A stretch of 48,214 nucleotides of DNA from an uncultured Burkholderiales bacterium. GTDB taxonomy: Bacteria; Actinomycetota; Acidimicrobiia; IMCC26256; BP-133. The stretch spans positions 1 through 48,214 of the forward strand of contig CAZCVW010000001.1 of NCBI GenBank assembly GCA_964502185.1, read 5' to 3'. This document shows, in pieces, positions 27,228 to 34,903 of this stretch (positions are counted from its first letter, which is position 1; each line of letters starts with the position of its first letter). Made by a program: the position numbers and the translations under genes. Under the pieces are notes generated by a model. That model saw nothing but the letters and a program-made list of their open reading frames with translations, did no database searches and was not told where the DNA came from.

Positions 27228-27826
27228 GGGTCGTCGCGCCGGAGGGCGACGGGAACGAGGGGGCGGGAGGTGATCGTCCGGTGGAAGGTCCCCGAGCCCT
27301 CGTCGAGCCAGGACGGGGGCCGGATGGTGACCTCGACCTCGCGCCCGAGGCGGGCCGAGGCCGAAGCAAGGGCGTGGAACAAGGCGTCACGATCCGGCTC
27401 GCCTAGCACGAGCAGATCGATGTCACCGACCGGGCGCTCGCCTTCGTTGCCTTCGAAGCGGTCCGCCCACGACCCGTAGATGAACGCTTCGTCGATGCCG
27501 TCCAGCGCAGCGAGCGCCTGGCCGATCACTGTCGGCGGGCCGAACGCCTTGGTGAGGACGTCGCTCAGTCCAGCGAAATAGGGGCTGGCCGTGTTGGCCT
27601 TCACCAGTCGGACGTTGCCCAGCTTCCGGCTCTTGACCAGCCCCGCCCGCTCGGCCCGGTCGATCTCGCGATGAACTGAGGGGTAAGGGATCCCGAGCCG
27701 CTCGGCCAGAGCGGCTAGCGGTGACTCCGCCTCCGGCTCGCCGAGCACGGCAGTGAGGATGGCGGCCTGCTGGCGGGACCGGAGGAGGGGGAGGAGGGGG
27801 GGTGTGGCCCCCCGGCGTGTATCCAC
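27218..27826 (-). CDS. wHTH (ArsR-like) plus minimal nucleotidyltransferase (MNT) fusion
   Basis: An HTH (LAALAERLGIPYPSVHREIDRAERAGLV) is followed by the NTase motif GSWADRF...GDIDLLVLG. The GTG at 27826 is the chosen start. Confidence 0.75.
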   Translation of the reverse strand: MDTRRGATPPLLPLLRSRQQAAILTAVLGEPEAESPLAALAERLGIPYPSVHREIDRAERAGLVKSRKLGNVRLVKANTASPYFAGLSDVLTKAFGPPTVIGQALAALDGIDEAFIYGSWADRFEGNEGERPVGDIDLLVLGEPDRDALFHALASASARLGREVEVTIRPPSWLDEGSGTFHRTITSRPLVPVALRRDDPQP

Positions 27827-27854
27827 AGATTGGATTATAACTCTCAATTTGTGG
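27823..27854 (-). promoter_or_regulatory. operator dyad overlapping a TATAAT box and the start codon
   Basis: CCACAGATTG / CAATTTGTGG (9 of 10 complementary) flank a TATAAT (minus strand, 27839-27834) that lies 7 nt from the GTG. This suggests a leaderless or short-leader autoregulated promoter. Confidence 0.5.
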
Positions 27855-28056
27855 ACAGGTGGTTCCCTCTGTTTCACGGCCAGAGCGCTTTCGGCGATCC
27901 CGTCGTGCGACTCGTGGTGTCGCGCGCCAGGGTGATGGGGCAACCCTGAGGCCAGTGTCCGAACTGGCCGGCTGAGTTCCCGCAGTTGCGGCCGGCCGGC
28001 ATCCGGCGGGCGACCGATGCCGAACTGGTCCGCTCGTCACCGGCGAGCACCCGCCT

Positions 28057-28311
28057 GTCAGCGACGCACACGCTCCGTGGTTCCTTCCGCTGACATTTCG
28101 CTGACATCGAGGGTCGACATCACTGTATGTCCGCAGGTCACAGGCATAAATGGTGGCGAGCCGGCCTGTACGCCGGAAACTGTTGCCGGGGTCTCCCTGA
28201 CCTGCGAGTTTCCCGAGGAACCGGCTCTGACCTGCGAAAAGATCTGTCTGTAGTTACAGCGTTGTGACGGTGGTTTTCGGATCTCCCGCTCCCAACGGAC
28301 TCCCAACGGGA
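28057..28311 (+). repeat. structured intergenic unit C4
   Basis: Contents in order: inverted TCAGCG box (28057-28066), Y double box (28088-28109), a-box TGTCCGCAGGTCAC (28128-28141), hairpin CCGGC-ctgtac-GCCGG (28161-28176), CTGACCTGCGA boxes (28197-28208 and 28227-28241) and double box CTCCCAACGG x2 (28288-28311). Confidence 0.8.
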
Positions 28312-28608
28312 TCCTTATCGGCTTTCCCGTTTGGGCAACGGCCAGGCACGCCGAGATCTGCCGGGTTTTCCGCGTCTGACCGTGGCGGGATGCTTCGATT
28401 CCTCTCGCCTGGGGCTGCCCAGGCCCTTCGACGGGTCGGTTGGAAGCGGTTACCTCGGCCCTTCGTTCCCGAGCGTGCGAGGCGTGTACGTCGTTCCAAC
28501 GTCGTCTCCGGACCCCATCCCGCCCAGGACTCTCGGGTATTGCGCCGGCATGAAGAAATTCTGGTATACTGTCCTTCACCCCAAGGTTGAAGGTAAGGAA
28601 GCCAGACC

Positions 28609-28911
28609 GTGAGGGTCGAGTTCGAGGATGACGACCTACGGCGCCTCTACACGGATCCAGGGTTTCGGATCCGGCAGTTCGGCCCGGACGTGACAGCAGC
28701 ATTCAGGAAGCGGATGGCGGTGTTGGTTGCCGCCAAAGATGAACGTGATCTCTATGCCTTGAAGTCGTTGCACTTCGAGAAGCTATCGGGTGACCGGCTC
28801 GGTCAGCGGTCGATACGGCTCAACAAACAGTGGCGCCTGATCTTCCGGATGGAGGAGGACGAAGGTGGTCGGCTGGTGATCGTGGTCGAGATTACCGACT
28901 ACCACCACTAG
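28609..28911 (+). CDS. higB: HigB-type toxin (plasmid maintenance system killer, RelE/ParE superfamily)
   Basis: 100 aa. ...LKSLHFEKLSGDRLGQRSIRLNKQWRLIF... is a typical HigB core. GTG start with AAGGAAG upstream. Confidence 0.85.
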   Translation: MRVEFEDDDLRRLYTDPGFRIRQFGPDVTAAFRKRMAVLVAAKDERDLYALKSLHFEKLSGDRLGQRSIRLNKQWRLIFRMEEDEGGRLVIVVEITDYHH

Positions 28912-28926
28912 AGAGGAGGGAGTTCC

Positions 28927-30006
28927 TTGAGTGCCAACGACGTGATCACGCCAGCGGAGGTTTTCCCTCCTGGTGAGTTCATCCGTGAGGAGCTAGAGGA
29001 ACGCGGCTGGTCAGAGGCCGAGTTCGCGCAGATTCTTGGCCGCCCGGTGCAAGTGGTGTCGGAGATCCTCAACGGCAAGAAGGAGATCACGGCCGAGACC
29101 GCCCTCGTCTTCGGCATGGCGCTCGGCACAAGCGCGGAGTTGTGGTTGAACTTGCAGGCGGCGTACCGACTCCACCTCGTGCGCTCGCAGGAAGCAGGAA
29201 CGACCGCCGTCGCTCGCCGGGCCCGTCTTCGTACTTTGGTCCCGGTCCGGGAGCTGCAGAAGCTCCGGTGGCTACCGGAGACGGATGATCTGGACGTTCT
29301 CGAAGCTGCGGTCTGCGAGTTGGTGGGGATCGGAGCGCCGCATGAGGAGCCATCATTCACCGCTGCCGCGCGGCGGGTGAACGCGACCATCGACTTCACC
29401 CCGGAGCAGGTGGCGTGGATTGCCCGGGTGAGGAAACTGGGCGCTGGTCGAGGGACGGTGCCGTTCGACTCAGCACACCTGGCGGAGTTGGGCGTGTCGC
29501 TGGTCGGAAGGATCCGCGATCCCTATGACCTCTCGAACCTTCAGAGATGGCTGGCGGAGTACGGCGTTGCACTGGTGATCGAACAGTCCTTGAAGAGCAG
29601 CAAAATCGATGGGGTCGTACTGTTCGTCGATGGATCTCCGATCGTCGGCTTATCGACGCGTGGTGATCGGATGGATGGTTTCGTGTTCACGCTCCTTCAC
29701 GAACTTGCGCACCTTGTGCTCGGCCACATCGCTCCCGGTGACATTTATCTCGACGAAGATGTCGCGTCCGACGATGAGGCTGACGTCGAAGTTGCCGCCA
29801 ACGACTTGGCGGGGTCATGGATCTTGCCGAAGGAAGTCTCGGTCGGCCCGAGTCCGCCCAGGATGCCGGCGATCCTGGCTGCTGCTCGTCAGTACGGTGT
29901 GCATCCCTCATTCGTGATCGGTCGTCTCCAGAAGGATGGGCGGCTTGGTTGGGGGGATCTGCGTCGCCACATCCCCAAGGTTCGTCCGTTTGTTGAGTTT
30001 GGTTGA
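28927..30006 (+). CDS. HigA-type XRE HTH antitoxin fused to an ImmA/IrrE zinc metallopeptidase
   Basis: N-terminal HigA-like HTH (WSEAEFAQILGRPVQVVSEILNGKKEITAETALVFGMALG) and a C-terminal HExxH (LLHELAHLVLGH). Confidence 0.85.
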   Translation: MSANDVITPAEVFPPGEFIREELEERGWSEAEFAQILGRPVQVVSEILNGKKEITAETALVFGMALGTSAELWLNLQAAYRLHLVRSQEAGTTAVARRARLRTLVPVRELQKLRWLPETDDLDVLEAAVCELVGIGAPHEEPSFTAAARRVNATIDFTPEQVAWIARVRKLGAGRGTVPFDSAHLAELGVSLVGRIRDPYDLSNLQRWLAEYGVALVIEQSLKSSKIDGVVLFVDGSPIVGLSTRGDRMDGFVFTLLHELAHLVLGHIAPGDIYLDEDVASDDEADVEVAANDLAGSWILPKEVSVGPSPPRMPAILAAARQYGVHPSFVIGRLQKDGRLGWGDLRRHIPKVRPFVEFG

Positions 30007-30016
30007 GGTGCCGGCC

Positions 30017-31042
30017 ATGACTGTCGCCGCCCGAGCGCTTCCGAGGACGCTCAGCACGTCGTTCTCCTTCTATGTGCCGGCCTCGAAGCCGGGGCTCATT
30101 GCCGCCGCCGCCGAGTTGGCGGACGGGGTCACTGTGCGGGGAGCGAACGGTCCTTCCGTAGCCCGGCAGGCGCTCGGGGTGGACTGGGCGGGTTCACTGC
30201 TGTTCGACGGTGCCGGTTACGAGGAGGGCGCGCCTAGGATCGACGCCAAGGCGTGGTTTGATGCACAAGCCGACGCCGGTGCCGACCGGCTCATCACGCC
30301 CGGCCGCTGGGTCCCATGGGATGGCGGAGGCGACGCACTTGCCCAGGCAATCGACGCCGAGCGGAATGCGGGAGCCTCGTCGCCCGGGTCGACGGTGCTT
30401 CTCGCGGTGGATAGCCGGTGGCTCGGACGGGCTGCTAGAACGGTCATCGATCGTCTCCAAGATGTCGGGCAGCCAGTGGCGCTCGTGCTTGCTCACCAGG
30501 GCGATCCGCTGAGCGGCACGGGGGTGCTCGACGGACTCTTGGCCCTTCTCCGTACCCAAGAGCTCACGCTGCTGAGGTCCGACCACGGTGCGATCGGGGC
30601 CGTTGCTTTCGGCGCGGCACACGGATCCGTCGGCCTACGGGCCACATACCGGCATTTCGTTCCTCAAGGCGCAGCAGCCCGTCACAATCCTAAGGATCGA
30701 ACACCGCGGGTGTTTGTCTGGGACCTGTTGGACTGGTTCACGGCGGCGAAGATCGCCGGATGGGGCGCAAGCTCAATCAACTTCGATTGCCGCTTCGCAT
30801 GCTGCGATGGCGCCAGAATCGACCGTTTTCTTGACCCCCAGTTCGAGAACCAGGCTGAAGTCCACAATCGCACGACCCTCGCCTTCCTCGCTGAGCACAT
30901 CCTGGGGGACGCACCTGAGGGTCGGCGTCGATCCTTTGCGCGGCTCTGCTCCGCAGCCGTGGACCGCTATGGCCCGATGGGGAAGATGTCGGATCTGATC
31001 GAGCCGAAGGCTCAGCTCCTGCAATGGGCACTGTGGGCATAG
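30017..31042 (+). CDS. hypothetical protein with tRNA-guanine-transglycosylase-like motifs
   Basis: 341 aa, starting 10 nt after the ImmA gene. WAGSLLFDGAGYE (30185-30223), FDCRFACC (30782-30805) and a downstream EVHN. The CDS call is firm; the fold assignment is tentative. Confidence 0.6.
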   Translation: MTVAARALPRTLSTSFSFYVPASKPGLIAAAAELADGVTVRGANGPSVARQALGVDWAGSLLFDGAGYEEGAPRIDAKAWFDAQADAGADRLITPGRWVPWDGGGDALAQAIDAERNAGASSPGSTVLLAVDSRWLGRAARTVIDRLQDVGQPVALVLAHQGDPLSGTGVLDGLLALLRTQELTLLRSDHGAIGAVAFGAAHGSVGLRATYRHFVPQGAAARHNPKDRTPRVFVWDLLDWFTAAKIAGWGASSINFDCRFACCDGARIDRFLDPQFENQAEVHNRTTLAFLAEHILGDAPEGRRRSFARLCSAAVDRYGPMGKMSDLIEPKAQLLQWALWA

Positions 31043-31641
31043 AGCCACCGCTCGTAGGCCAACTCGGCCACCCACCACCGGTATACAGCCGGCGAGCCGA
31101 GGATCGGTTGAGACGGTTCGACCTTCACCTCATATCGGCCTGAATGCAGAGCCGCGAGCCCAACGCGTCGCCGATGAGCTAAGCCGATCGCTTCACCACC
31201 CGGTTCTTCTCCGGCGACCGCGAGTCGCGGAAATATCGGCGGAACATGGGACAGGCGTTGGATAGCGTCCTCGGCGCGGCGGTCCGCCACGATCGCGATC
31301 CCCACCGAGCCTGCTGGTCGGAACCTCCGCAGCAGTTGCCCGCCCACACGGTCGACAAGCAGTTTGCCATGTTGCCGGAGAGTGGTCGCATCGATCTCTG
31401 CCAGGCTTGATTGCTCGACGGGCTCACCCCCAGGCAAGGCCCAGAGCGCATGCAGCAACCGACGGTCCACGATCGCGCCGAGGCCTAACTCGACACGTCG
31501 GCAGTGCTCGTGCTCGTCGACCGAAAGACCCGCGATCCATGTGTCGCCATCCACATCAACGTGGACAAGCTCGCCATCAGCGCTGAGGCCGGGCAGAGCC
31601 TGCAGATCAACGATTCCAGGCGATTGGCCTACGCGGCTCAC
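31012..31641 (-). CDS. hypothetical protein (209 aa)
   Basis: GTG at 31641 overlaps the TGA of the upstream wHTH gene (GTGA at 31638-31641). Confidence 0.6.
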   Translation of the reverse strand: MSRVGQSPGIVDLQALPGLSADGELVHVDVDGDTWIAGLSVDEHEHCRRVELGLGAIVDRRLLHALWALPGGEPVEQSSLAEIDATTLRQHGKLLVDRVGGQLLRRFRPAGSVGIAIVADRRAEDAIQRLSHVPPIFPRLAVAGEEPGGEAIGLAHRRRVGLAALHSGRYEVKVEPSQPILGSPAVYRWWVAELAYERWLYAHSAHCRS

Positions 31642-31943
31642 GATCTTCCGGCCCCGATTTCGTCGGCGGTCGTCCACAGTGAGGACGGCGCAGGTGCGTA
31701 CCAACGCTCACGGTGGTCATCGCCGTCGCGGCCAGTCGGGATGAGGAGTCCCAGCGCCAGCAGCCGCTTGAGCGGGGCGCTGTAGAGCGAGGCCGAGCTG
31801 ACCTCGTTCTCGGCCACTAACTCGGACAGTGTGGCTCGGTCGGTGACCCGACTCAACGTGAGGCAGACCTCGAGCATGTAGCTGTTGCCAAAGAGACGCT
31901 TGGACCTTGCTCGGATGCCATCATCCACACCTACATCATACAT
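31638..31943 (-). CDS. winged-helix (MarR/ArsR-like) DNA-binding protein
   Basis: 101 aa with ...ATLSELVAENEVSSASLYSAPLKRLLALGLLIP... An AT-rich promoter with a palindrome lies at its start. Confidence 0.6.
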   Translation of the reverse strand: MYDVGVDDGIRARSKRLFGNSYMLEVCLTLSRVTDRATLSELVAENEVSSASLYSAPLKRLLALGLLIPTGRDGDDHRERWYAPAPSSLWTTADEIGAGRS

Positions 31944-31970
31944 GATTCATGAAACATAGAATATATTGCG
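31942..31970 (-). promoter_or_regulatory. AT-rich palindrome overlapping the start codon
   Basis: ATGATTCATGAAACAT (14 of 16 palindromic, core TTCATGAA) followed by AGAATATATT. This is the lowest-GC spot of the island. Confidence 0.45.
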
Positions 31971-32063
31971 AGCCCGACGTGGAAGGCTCGCCTGTTGTTC
32001 AACACGCCGGGCCCTCCACAAGTGGATGCCGCTCGGTTCCCGGCTCGAAGACCTGAGGGTTCG

Positions 32064-32465
32064 TCAGTCCTGCCGTCCACCGAAGCTACGTGTGCTCCTG
32101 GAGGTCGTGGCCCTGAACGGGTGGCCCGGCTCGGGGACGTTGCTGATGGGCCCTGTTCCGGGCGAGAGCAATACAGACACCCAGCGCGGGAATTCGATGG
32201 TGCGCGTCCGCCGCCGCCAGGCGATCTTGGCTTGGAGGCCCTCCCAGTTCAGGGGGGCGCCGGGCACGGTGAACGGGTCGCGCCAATCTGCGTCCCAGAG
32301 CGCTCGAACCTCAGCTCCGGCCCGCTTCCAACGGCAGAGCGTGTTCCTGGCGCGGTGGAGATTGATCTTGGAGCGCGTGACGGTGTCGCCGCAGTCGGGA
32401 CAGTCGACCAGCCAGTCATCTACGCCCAGCTCGCGCTCAAGCTCGTCATAGCCATCAGCGGTCAA
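32064..32465 (-). CDS. small zinc-ribbon protein
   Basis: 133 aa with CPDCGD...(17)...C. The C-terminal third is compositionally poor. Confidence 0.45.
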   Translation of the reverse strand: MTADGYDELERELGVDDWLVDCPDCGDTVTRSKINLHRARNTLCRWKRAGAEVRALWDADWRDPFTVPGAPLNWEGLQAKIAWRRRTRTIEFPRWVSVLLSPGTGPISNVPEPGHPFRATTSRSTRSFGGRQD

Positions 32466-32480
32466 GGCCTTGTCGAAGGC

Positions 32481-32876
32481 CTAGGGTCCGAGGTGTTTCA
32501 CGGCCGCCATGACGGTGTAAACCCATCGCCGGGAGGGAACGCCCTCGAGCGGCGAGCGGACAACGATGCCTTGCAGCACTTCGTACCGCATGCGCTCGCC
32601 CGACCTGAGGCGGAGCACCGTGTCGTGCGTTATGTCGAACGGCCTGATGTGGACAGCTGGTAGCCGCTCACCGAAGAGGACCGCGGCTGGTTGGGGAACG
32701 AGTGCCGAGTCCTCGACATCGTCGACCCAGGGCTTGCCTCGGCAGCGACCGAGGTTGACATGTGTTTCGACGGCCCGTGGATGCAGCCACGACTCGCATC
32801 CGCCGGGGCAGCGTGCCGTGAGGTAGCGGCACGGGGTGATGAACCGGCCTCTTCCGCTTCTCGGGATGCCTGACAT
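32481..32876 (-). CDS. small Cys/His-rich protein
   Basis: 131 aa with C-x6-C-x3-C...H...H...C near the N-terminus. Confidence 0.45.
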   Translation of the reverse strand: MSGIPRSGRGRFITPCRYLTARCPGGCESWLHPRAVETHVNLGRCRGKPWVDDVEDSALVPQPAAVLFGERLPAVHIRPFDITHDTVLRLRSGERMRYEVLQGIVVRSPLEGVPSRRWVYTVMAAVKHLGP

Positions 32877-32942
32877 GGTTGCCTCCTCGTAGGTTCAGAC
32901 CCATCGCCCGCCTGCAATACGTGTGACGTTGCGCCAGCACCC

Positions 32943-33004
32943 TCAACGAGAACCTCAACGGCGATATCAACGGACACCCACTCAACGGAAGCTGCCCTCA
33001 ACGG
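32943..33004 (+). repeat. iteron-like array, 5 x TCAACGG
   Basis: TCAACGA/TCAACGG boxes start at 32943, 32955, 32967, 32982 and 32998, in the divergent region between the Zn-finger operon and the ParB-like gene. Confidence 0.75.
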
Positions 33005-33227
33005 AAGCGTGCGTCGCCCCGCCTCGCATCTGAGGGCCCGGCGGGCGGACGGGCCGTCAAACACCAACCCCGACCGGCTTCTTGGAGCCGGCACGAGGAG
33101 AGCCCCGATCACACAGAATTGCCGCTCCCTGCGGGATCGACGACGTGACGGCGGCGTGTTCGGCCAGCAGAGTCTCTTCGGCAGCCCCGGTGCGAACTCC
33201 CGGCGAGGGACTGGGCTGCGCTTCCGA

Positions 33228-33452
33228 GTGTCGGCGGGCGGGGTCCGTCAATCCACAACCGTCAACCTGGCCCTCGCCGTCGCTCGCGCTCGGTCGGCTG
33301 CGGTCGAGGGACGGCGGGTCGTCGTCGTCGCCAGTGACGGGACCGCCGCTGTCGTGGAACTCCGTCTGAACGGCGCCGGGTTCGTCGTGATCGCCCACGG
33401 GCCCGGTTCGTGGCCCGACCAATGTCGCCGGCTCCTCGACGAGCACGGCTGA
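33228..33452 (+). CDS. possible small ORF upstream of the ParB-like gene
   Basis: A GTG at 33228 gives 74 aa ending 12 nt before the ParB-like ATG. No motif recognised. Confidence 0.2.
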   Translation: MSAGGVRQSTTVNLALAVARARSAAVEGRRVVVVASDGTAAVVELRLNGAGFVVIAHGPGSWPDQCRRLLDEHG

Positions 33453-33464
33453 AGGAGACCCCCC

Positions 33465-34787
33465 ATGCTCCAGACCATCCCCATCGAGAAGATCAGGCCG
33501 GCCAAAGACAATGTGCGGCGGCGCACAACGGAGATCCGGGATCTGGCGGCCAGCGTGGCCAGCGTCGGGGTGATTGAGCCGCTCCTTGTCACCCCCACGG
33601 ACGATGGCACCTTTGTCGTCGTCGCCGGACATCGCAGGCTCCTCGCCGCCCGACAGGCTGGACTGGTCGAGCTGCCCTGCACCGTGCGGGAGCTGACCGA
33701 CGCCGAGCGGATCGAAATCATGTTGGCGGAGAACGTCGCTCGCTGCGCGTTGACTCCGATCGAGGAAGCGTCGGGGTACTTCAAACTCATCGAGTTCGGG
33801 CTCCCCTTGGCCGAGATCGGGCGGCGGATCGGACGCTCAGCCCGCCACATCAGCGCACGCTTGGCCCTCCTCGAACTGCCGCGCACGGTGCAAACCAAGA
33901 TCGAGAACGGGAAGGTCACGGTGGCCGAGGCGACTGCGCTGCTGGCCATCAAGGAACACCCCGACCTGATCGACGGGCTGTTGGAAGACGAGTGGAGCCG
34001 AGGCGACCTGGAGCGAGCGGTCGTGCGAGAGACGGCCCGGATCGAAGCCGAGGCGAAGGTGACCGCCGCCAGGGAGGGGCTCGAGGCCGAAGGCATCGCA
34101 ATCGTCGAGCAGTGGACCCGTTACGGTGGCCGCTCCCGCCAGCCGGTGGCCATTGGGAGTGGCCATGGCGAGATCGACGTGGAACCGGCTCGGCACCGGC
34201 GCGAACCCTGCCACGTGGGCCATGTCACCCGCTCCGGGGAGGTGGTGTTGCTCTGCACCGATCCGGGTCGGCACCGTCCGGGGGGAGAAAGCGGAGTCGA
34301 GGTCCCGCCGGGCGCGGCACCGACTCGAACCGAGGAACGGGCCGCCGAGCGGGACGAGACGAAGCGCCGCCGGCAAGAGGAGCGGGACCGTCTGGCATTC
34401 GTGGCCGGTCTGGTGATGCGACGGCTGCCCAGGGGTGACACCGCAGCTTTGGTGGTGAAACAGTTTCTCGCCGCGGCCAAGAGTGCCCAGGCACGGACGG
34501 CGTGTGATCTCCTGGGCATCGAGCCCGTCCAGGACAGTTACGGGCCGGATCATCGGGCCGCCCTGGAGAACCACGCTGCCAGCTCGACGGTCAACCGGGA
34601 CCGGGCGGCTCTCGCTCTCGCCCTGGCCGCAGGGGAGGAATCCCTGCGCTACGCAGCGCCGGGTCGATTGACCGTAGCTGCGCGAGCCCACGTCGATTTC
34701 CTGGCTACCTACGGGTGGCGCGACCCTGACGCGTCGGAAGCTCCTGAGCCGTCCTCGGTGGAGGAGAACGATGACTCCGCCGCCTGA
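33465..34787 (+). CDS. ParB/Srx-domain (ParB-like nuclease/partition) protein
   Basis: IPIEKIRPAKDNVRR...VVAGHRRLLAA...LAENV, followed by an HTH. AAGGAGA RBS. Confidence 0.85.
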   Translation: MLQTIPIEKIRPAKDNVRRRTTEIRDLAASVASVGVIEPLLVTPTDDGTFVVVAGHRRLLAARQAGLVELPCTVRELTDAERIEIMLAENVARCALTPIEEASGYFKLIEFGLPLAEIGRRIGRSARHISARLALLELPRTVQTKIENGKVTVAEATALLAIKEHPDLIDGLLEDEWSRGDLERAVVRETARIEAEAKVTAAREGLEAEGIAIVEQWTRYGGRSRQPVAIGSGHGEIDVEPARHRREPCHVGHVTRSGEVVLLCTDPGRHRPGGESGVEVPPGAAPTRTEERAAERDETKRRRQEERDRLAFVAGLVMRRLPRGDTAALVVKQFLAAAKSAQARTACDLLGIEPVQDSYGPDHRAALENHAASSTVNRDRAALALALAAGEESLRYAAPGRLTVAARAHVDFLATYGWRDPDASEAPEPSSVEENDDSAA

Positions 34788-34802
34788 GATGTCGTTCTGG
34801 TC

Positions 34803-34820
34803 TTGACGCGTACGCGTCAA
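34803..34820. promoter_or_regulatory. perfect 18-bp palindrome TTGACGCGTACGCGTCAA
   Basis: Lies in the ParB-like/next-gene intergenic region. It is followed by the TGACAGC-n4-GCTGTCA dyad (34856-34873) overlapping a TTGACA. Confidence 0.7.
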
Positions 34821-34903
34821 TCACGTTCCTTCTCACAACCTGTGTCAGTAAGTTCTTGACAGCAACGGCTGTCAGGTAGTAACAGACAGAATGGAGGTTT
34901 CGC

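Noticed and set aside
15739-28311. Idea that the C-units are retron msr/msd, bridge/omega RNAs or CRISPR-like elements.
   Set aside because: No reverse transcriptase, IS110/IS605-type recombinase, TnpB or cas gene is present anywhere in the window, and there is no spacer-repeat periodicity. The structured-RNA possibility is kept only as an open hypothesis.
28058-28702. 214-aa minus-strand ORF spanning unit C4 and the higB leader.
   Set aside because: It is Arg/Pro/Gly-rich with no motifs, it crosses the repeated non-coding unit, and it overlaps the HigB start.
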